Shown here: positions 17,411 through 22,730 of the stretch, in pieces | Layout of the letters: the number at the start of each line of letters is the position of its first letter | Numbering within the stretch: position 1 is the stretch's first letter | Assembly: GCA_964618805.1 (NCBI GenBank) | Contig: CAZUBM010000006.1 | Coordinates: 1-22,730 of the forward strand | DNA from: an uncultured Nitrososphaerota archaeon | GTDB lineage: Archaea > Korarchaeota > Korarchaeia > Korarchaeales > Korarchaeaceae | Reading direction: 5' to 3' | Length of the DNA: 22,730 nucleotides | Notes under the pieces: model-generated | Database searches by the model: none | What the model was told of the DNA's origin: nothing | Seen by the model: the letters and a program-made list of their open reading frames with translations, nothing else | Position numbers and translations under genes: made by a program

Positions 17411-17760
17411 GGAGATTCAATCCTAGTCTCATGGAAGGAAGAGGAGAGATATGAGAGGCTTCTTAAAGGGATTGCTGTCAATTTACCTCATGAGGCTAGG
17501 TTAGATAGTGTGTGGCTCTACATGAAGAAAGTTGAGGAGGCATTAAAGCCTCTCATGGGCGAGTATGGCGATGAGCTGCTAGGCACTGAGCCGCAATAGG
17601 GTTGAGGGCGATATATTTCCCAAGCCCTTTAAGCTAAGGGAGCTTGAGGTGCCTCAGCTTCTTGATTCAAGGAGACTGGCGCTGATCAGGAGATTAATGC
17701 CTATCCGATTGAGCTTAATAAGAGCAGAATGCTACTAGAGTCTGGAGGGTTTAACACCAA
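17411..17760 (+). pseudogene. Decayed coding remnant, possibly of a second cmr6-like gene
   Basis: 62 sense codons without an N-terminal start (17411-17599), then frameshifted coding-like pieces. LPHEARLDSVWLYMKKVEEALKPLMGE and NAYPIE align by eye to Cmr6 segments. Confidence 0.4.
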
Positions 17761-17920
17761 TCTATGCAAGAACCATAAAATAAGTAGAAGCCGAGGCAGG
17801 GCCTATTCCATACATTTCAATCGCAAGAGGTTTGAAACCTTGGTGGGATATTCCACATTTCAAGCTCTACAACCCCATAACCAATCTTGATCTCAGAGTT
17901 ATGGAGAATTATATGTTTGT

Positions 17921-18601
17921 CTAGCGCCTAGCAGCCCTTTCAGCTTCTACCAGGATGGATTTAAGGAGCTTGCGTGTTCTGTCCGACATCCCTCTGACTA
18001 TCTTATCGAGGTGCGGGTCCTCAGAGCTTCCCCTATCGAGCGCTAAAATCACCTGATCTATCTTCCAAGGAATGGCGAACACTGGAAACTCTATCAAACG
18101 GCGAGATTCAGCGGGAGGATGAAGCACTAATCTCTTCTCCTCCTCAGGAAGCTCGGCTAATCTCTTAATCATTCCCTTGGATTCTAGCTCAGGATCTACA
18201 AGGAGATGAAGAACCGATTTTACGCCGTAGAGCTGACCAAGCAATACCATGGCTGCTGACATGGTCTTCCTACCTCCTGCAAGGCTCAAATATACCTCGT
18301 TTCCGCTAGCTATGATCTCCTTATGCATAATGGCAGCTACTTTCCTCATGAACTCTGCATTATCCTCCTCATCGTATATGTCGTCGCTCTTGATGCAGGC
18401 TTCCTCGGTTCTTAGCTCGACGTTAGGATAATGTTTGTGGAATTCCTCCCTGATTAAAGGAATGCATCCGTCCCATATCAGTTGGTCGCTAGTTGTTGCC
18501 AAGTAAACTCGTCCGGGCTTCTTTCCTTGCTCTATTAGGGCATCCATTGTCCCGGTTATTACGCCTGGAGCACGGCCTAATGAGGCTATGAGAACTAACA
18601 T
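17921..18601 (-). CDS. CARF protein, Cas_NE0113/Csx14-like (possible ring nuclease)
   Basis: From ATG 18601: MLVLIASLGRAPGVIT, LATTSD, DDI, LSLAGGRKTMSA, HLLV, LIEFP. The ORF track extends it to 18646. Confidence 0.78.
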   Translation of the reverse strand: MLVLIASLGRAPGVITGTMDALIEQGKKPGRVYLATTSDQLIWDGCIPLIREEFHKHYPNVELRTEEACIKSDDIYDEEDNAEFMRKVAAIMHKEIIASGNEVYLSLAGGRKTMSAAMVLLGQLYGVKSVLHLLVDPELESKGMIKRLAELPEEEKRLVLHPPAESRRLIEFPVFAIPWKIDQVILALDRGSSEDPHLDKIVRGMSDRTRKLLKSILVEAERAARR

Positions 18602-18865
18602 CCTGATCGAACTGGTAAAATGAATTGAAAAAATAAAAGACTTCATTTGATATCACGTTCCATCTGTTTGATTAATTATCAGGCAGGAGACTCTAGATCT
18701 AGCTGATTAAGGGATTAACGTGCTGCAGGTGTACAAAACGCAGGAGCTAGCTCATGAAGCAACTCTGAAGCCTGAAGAAGGAGACTGAGGGTCTGAAACC
18801 CAATTTTGGGACGCTTCATGTCTCCCTTAAGGTTCTTTTTTAGCTTCAGATAGTCAATACATTAG

Positions 18866-19351
18866 ATGCCCATAGCTTACCTGGCTACGGTAGGCTCCAG
18901 CGAAAAGCCTGCTTTCAATTCGATAAAGGCTGTTCTACAGAAGTATAAACCAGAGGTTCGTAGAATACTTCTTCTATGCTCCCAGCGCGACAAGAGGAGG
19001 GGGATACCTGGAACAGAAGAGGTAGGAGAACGCATTAAGGCTAAGATCTCTGGACTGCCCTGCACATCTGGAGTTGAGGTTAAGATCCTGAGAGTAAGCC
19101 AAGAATCGATAGAAGAGGTGTACAATAAGGTTAAGATGGCGGCTGAGGAAGCAAAGAGGGACGGGTTGGAGCTTTGGGTTGATATAACTGGTGGCAGGAA
19201 GACCATGTCCAGCGGTGCACTTCTAGCTGCTACAGAGCTCGGTCTCAAGTGCTTCTACTTCTGGCTTTATGATCCAGCAAGAAACAGGGATAAGGAACTG
19301 GAGGAGATGCAGGAATTCATAGATTATGAAGTTGTTAGGGTGAGGGCTTAA
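18866..19351 (+). CDS. Stand-alone CARF domain protein (161 aa)
   Basis: YLATVGSSEKP, ILLLCS, WVDITGGRKTMSSG, C-terminal strand CFYF; no room for a fused effector. Confidence 0.82.
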   Translation: MPIAYLATVGSSEKPAFNSIKAVLQKYKPEVRRILLLCSQRDKRRGIPGTEEVGERIKAKISGLPCTSGVEVKILRVSQESIEEVYNKVKMAAEEAKRDGLELWVDITGGRKTMSSGALLAATELGLKCFYFWLYDPARNRDKELEEMQEFIDYEVVRVRA

Positions 19352-19352
19352 G

Positions 19353-20453
19353 GTGCGGCATTGGAAGTTCCTTAAAATTAGGGAAGAAAAGCTGGCAGGA
19401 ATAATAGGCCGCTTAGGCGGTAAAATTGAGCTTCATTGCCTTCTAGCAAAGGGTAATAGGCTTGTGGGCTATCTCATACTCGACAAGCAAGAGGCGACGA
19501 TAATTCCGAAGATTAAGGAGAGGGGAATCATAGCCTCTCTCATAAAGGACGAGCAAGTTAAAGAAGCTCATCTAATTCAAGCCATTGAAAGGGCTTGCAT
19601 AGAGCACGTAAATCCTCTTGACAAACTAATTGAGCTTGCTGAGTCTTTATCCGAGTTTAACGCTAAAATATGCCTGGCTGTGGATACTAGCTTCCTTATG
19701 AGGGGCCTTCTTGAGTATCTAAAAGAGAAGTTAGAGGAAAAGTTAAAGGAAAAGAAGTTAGAGGAAAAGGGCTTTAGCTTGAGTTTATTCATCCCTTCTA
19801 TGGTTCTTCAGGAGCTCTTCACGGACTTCGATGACTTGATAAGGAGCGAGGAGCTGAGCGCGATAAGCGGCTTCCCAAAGTTTAGATCGAGATTGGCCAG
19901 AAGGGTACTCTCCTACATGATGGGGACCAGAGGATCAAGAGCTCTTAAAATTCAGTTTGGATCTGGGCATATTCTCCTCCCAACTGGGGCGAAGGGGATG
20001 AAGTACCTGCCAGATCTTGAGATCCTAAGGCAGATTAGGGAGTTCTCTAAAGAAAGCAGCGACTTGGTGATAACGGCAACCTGCGACCTTGGAATGGCAA
20101 TGATTGCTGAGGGGCCTTGTTGCTACATAAAGCCTGAGAAAGTTTCCGCATCCTTCAAAAAGGAAGGACAAGAGATAGTGCTGCCAAGAAAGAGGATCCA
20201 GCAAACCTTAGCGGAGCTTATAGTTGCGTTCGGACTCCTGCTCCTTAAGCCTGAGCAGGGTGAACCTATGCTGCTCTCTTACAGCTGGAAGGGAATAGGA
20301 AGATCTGATTATGCCAGGAAGTTAATATGCCTTGGAGTAAGAGAGGTAAATGAGCTGATTAACTGGATCTCGCTTGATAAGGAGAGAGGCGAGGGATTTC
20401 TTCCATCGGAGAAGGTTCCATGGAGAAATTTGGTTGAGAATAGGGGTCTATAA
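19353..20453 (+). CDS. PIN-domain ribonuclease-like protein with N- and C-terminal extensions
   Basis: PIN acidic tetrad: LAVDTSFL, IPSMVLQEL, PDLEIL, TATCDLGM; starts 1 nt after the CARF stop. Confidence 0.75.
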   Translation: MRHWKFLKIREEKLAGIIGRLGGKIELHCLLAKGNRLVGYLILDKQEATIIPKIKERGIIASLIKDEQVKEAHLIQAIERACIEHVNPLDKLIELAESLSEFNAKICLAVDTSFLMRGLLEYLKEKLEEKLKEKKLEEKGFSLSLFIPSMVLQELFTDFDDLIRSEELSAISGFPKFRSRLARRVLSYMMGTRGSRALKIQFGSGHILLPTGAKGMKYLPDLEILRQIREFSKESSDLVITATCDLGMAMIAEGPCCYIKPEKVSASFKKEGQEIVLPRKRIQQTLAELIVAFGLLLLKPEQGEPMLLSYSWKGIGRSDYARKLICLGVREVNELINWISLDKERGEGFLPSEKVPWRNLVENRGL

Positions 20454-20537
20454 GGGATCAAACTTTGTAATGCTGTTAATTCCGGTGCTTAGCTGAGCAA
20501 TGTATATAAGGCGCTTTTGGGATCATGAAGTGAATTA

Positions 20538-20675
20538 ATGTCTGAGGGAAGTAGCTTGAAGGGAAGGACCCGGAGGATAGGGAAGATCAGGTTCTTGAGG
20601 ACCATCGAAGTTAGGATTGATCCTCACAAGCTTAGGCGCGCTGGTAAGATAGGGAAGATCAGGCTCGTGAGGTAG
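20538..20675 (+). CDS. Small basic 45-aa protein with an internal repeat (not in ORF track)
   Basis: MSEGSSLKGRTRRIGKIRFLRTIEVRIDPHKLRRAGKIGKIRLVR*; TATA-like TATATAA about 30 nt upstream; stop lies 5 nt before the next gene. Confidence 0.5.
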   Translation: MSEGSSLKGRTRRIGKIRFLRTIEVRIDPHKLRRAGKIGKIRLVR

Positions 20676-20680
20676 TTTAA

Positions 20681-21109
20681 GTGGTTGTGAGGGTTAAGAT
20701 CAGGTTGAAGGGTCCCGCAGGCCAGATAGAGACTACAGCACTGGTTAACAGCGGTTTTGAAACCAAAGAGCCTGAGATAATCTTGCCTTCCGAGGTATCG
20801 GAGCTTTTGGGCATCGAGGATTTTGAAGGGGCTGAATACGAGGTTGCTGGAGGAGCAGAAGTAATAGCTGCCAAGGCTAAGGGCACGATAAAAGTTGAGC
20901 TTCTCTCAAACAACGAGCTTCTCGTTAGCTTTGATGGAGCTAGGCCCGTGGTCCTTGCAGGAGAAGAAGAGGTTATAATAAGCGGCTATCTTGCCTCTGA
21001 GTTGAGGATATCTCTAATCGACATAAAGGAGGGGCTCTGGTGCTTAAGAGAAGAGGTTGGAAAGGTGGTTAGGAGAAGCGAGGAGAAGCAGGTCTGGAAG
21101 AAGGACTGA
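20681..21109 (+). CDS. Retropepsin-like (clan AA aspartic protease fold) protein with NSG in place of D[ST]G
   Basis: VRVKIRL....ETTALVNSGFE...IILP, flap-like YEVAGG, EEEVIISG..L..L; 142 aa single lobe. Confidence 0.7.
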   Translation: MVVRVKIRLKGPAGQIETTALVNSGFETKEPEIILPSEVSELLGIEDFEGAEYEVAGGAEVIAAKAKGTIKVELLSNNELLVSFDGARPVVLAGEEEVIISGYLASELRISLIDIKEGLWCLREEVGKVVRRSEEKQVWKKD

Positions 21110-21155
21110 GGAAGAAGCACATGGTTAAATTCAGCTGGCCCAAGTTTGAATCGGG

Positions 21156-21974
21156 TTGCCTTGCAGGATCTCCGTCTCGCTTGAGCCATCCTCTGAGCTC
21201 GTTTACGAGCTTCCAACAAGCGGTAGAATAGTTCAACACCTCTTCTTCTCCGCAATAAAGGCTTACGATAAGGATCTAGCTTCGGAAATTCACTCAATGA
21301 GGATAAAGCCTTACTCGGTAACAAGGCTCACCACGGCCAGGGAGAACGTTAAGGGGAAGCTGGCTAGAGTTGGACTCGGAAGCTACGTAAGGGCTACCTT
21401 CAAGCTTTTGAGGGATGAACTCAGGGAGCCTCTAATCGAGGGGCTCCAGAAAGCTGAGCTTAAGGTCGCTGGGGTCGAGCTAAAGGTGCTCGACGTAAAG
21501 GCAACTAGGCCTGAGGGATACGAGGAGATGCTCTTCAGGGGAGAGCCCTACAGGGAGTTCACGGTTGAGATATTAACCCCTGCTGTCTTCGATGAGGAGT
21601 CTCCCTTTCCAGAGGACAGCAGACCGATGTTCAGAAGGCCTCTCCTCTGTTGGAACACGTTTTGCCCCGAGGAGCTTAGACTTCCAGAGAGCGCAGTTCA
21701 GAGGGCATCAAAGCTCAAACTCCTCAAGTGCCAGCTTGTGAGGAGGGTCGTGCCCGTACCAATCAAGAGGTTAAGGGTCCCTATAATCTGCTTTTCAGGC
21801 ACCCTCGCCTACAGGATGGGAGGGCTTGACTTCATGTCAGGCCTAATGCTGACCGCCCTTCTGAAGCTTGCCAACTACAGCGGAATAGGATCAAGGACGA
21901 CCATGGGATTTGGAAGCGTTTTCATCAAACCTTACGTTAGCTGCAAAGAAAAGGGCAGAAGTCGCTTAAAATGA
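21156..21974 (+). CDS. cas6: CRISPR RNA-processing endoribonuclease Cas6
   Basis: LA..IH....KPYSVT, LTPAVF, F.G...Y and C-terminal G-loop ANYSGIGSRTTMGFG. Confidence 0.93.
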   Translation: MPCRISVSLEPSSELVYELPTSGRIVQHLFFSAIKAYDKDLASEIHSMRIKPYSVTRLTTARENVKGKLARVGLGSYVRATFKLLRDELREPLIEGLQKAELKVAGVELKVLDVKATRPEGYEEMLFRGEPYREFTVEILTPAVFDEESPFPEDSRPMFRRPLLCWNTFCPEELRLPESAVQRASKLKLLKCQLVRRVVPVPIKRLRVPIICFSGTLAYRMGGLDFMSGLMLTALLKLANYSGIGSRTTMGFGSVFIKPYVSCKEKGRSRLK

Positions 21975-22439
21975 GGTAGGAGAATTTTTGGTTCCATCAA
22001 GCTATCAAAGTCTGAAGGTTTTAACTCTTCAAAAACGCCGAGCTCGTCTACAATCCAGATCTAAAAAAGGTTATCTAAGCATTTTTCCATAAGAGCTCAA
22101 GGCTTTTGGATCCTCTTATCATCTAAGCTAGTAAAGCCCGATCTTAACTCAACGCTAGCTGAGGGATCGGCGTTCCGTCCTTACCTGTTTCAAAGGTAAC
22201 ACCACAACCTCTGACAGAGCGATGTGCCACTCACTGAGATTGTGAATTTAGGATAGTTTGAAGAAATCCTGCGTTATTTTTGGAAATAAATCTCAAAAGT
22301 GTTAATAACTAAAAAAGAGGAGACTTATGAGAAGTCCTTTTCCTTCTCACTGAAGGAAACTGCTTCTGAAGTAGGTGTTACTCAAGCTAATTGTGATGCC
22401 AAATCCACTTCAGCAAGCTCTAATCTTGGAAATATTAAT

Positions 22440-22617
22440 GGTTTTGAATATAATTAGGCGAATAAAGGCACCTGCTTCGTGCTCTTTTCTCAAACGGAAT
22501 CCACGCTAATTAGCACATCTTTATAAATCCAGGTTCAAAAGTGAGATGTGAGCACTAAGTCAAGCGAGGCAAAAATCAGAATGTTTTAAGGCAATGCTAA
22601 CTATGTAATTCAAGGGG
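22440..22617 (+). promoter_or_regulatory. Leader/promoter of array 2
   Basis: TAGCACATCTTTATAAAT at 22511-22528, 89 nt before the first repeat; homologous to the array 1 leader. Outer boundary approximate. Confidence 0.85.
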
Positions 22618-22730
22618 GAAGCAATCCTGAACTCCTGAAGAAGGAGATTGAGAGTACTTGTTCTCCATCGCCATAGACAATTACTGGTAATGAAGCAATC
22701 CTGAACTCCTGAAGAAGGAGATTGAGAGAC
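22618..22730 (+). CRISPR. CRISPR array 2 (start only: two repeats, one full spacer)
   Basis: GAAGCAATCCTGAACTCCTGAAGAAGGAGATTGAGAG at 22618-22654 and 22692-22728; 37-nt spacer at 22655-22691. Confidence 0.95.

Noticed and set aside
17408-17599. Stop-codon readthrough extension of Cmr6
   Set aside because: The stop is TAA, Cmr6 is already complete after its G-rich loop, and no recoding signal is evident.
19726-19769. 17-bp direct repeat AGAAGTTAGAGGAAAAG in the PIN gene
   Set aside because: In-frame slippage in a Lys/Glu-rich helix; no evidence of a separate function.
3761-21324. Short antisense or overlapping ORFs (e.g. 8992-9477, 18877-19248, 20986-21324)
   Set aside because: Shadow frames of well-supported genes, with no recognisable motifs.
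21975-22440. Coding-like minus-strand fragments (IWIVDELGVFEELKPSDF...) and two small hairpins near 22138-22199
   Set aside because: Interrupted by stops with no recognisable family; too little support for a pseudogene or ncRNA call.
1-22730. Transposase, integrase, reverse transcriptase, tRNA or tracrRNA
   Set aside because: No supporting motifs or structures seen.

Overview
Archaeal-type (probably thermophilic) CRISPR-Cas island. It follows the 3' end of an aldehyde:ferredoxin oxidoreductase-like gene and is flanked by two outward-transcribed arrays. Array 1 (391-2603, minus strand) has 30 identical 37-nt repeats plus three older, different 36-nt repeats at its trailer end (170-352). Array 2 starts at 22618 (plus strand), is cut by the window edge, and differs by one base in the 8-nt crRNA handle. 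Between them lie a type I-A-style adaptation module (csa1-cas1-cas2-cas4), a wHTH-CARF regulator, and a type III-B effector operon: CARF, cas10/cmr2 with HD and GGDD, cmr3, cmr4, cmr5, a second cmr4, a second small Cmr5-like gene, cmr1, cmr6. These are followed by a decayed gene remnant, two more CARF genes (one coupled to a PIN nuclease), a small basic peptide, a retropepsin-like protein with Asn replacing the catalytic Asp, and cas6. Most unusual: the duplicated Cmr4/Cmr5 backbone; four CARF proteins but no HEPN Csx1/Csm6, leaving a split CARF+PIN pair as the candidate effector; a conserved inverted repeat around the TATA box of both leaders; compensatory stem changes in the relic repeats; and several interpretable spacers. 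All calls come from motif recognition by eye; no database searches were run.
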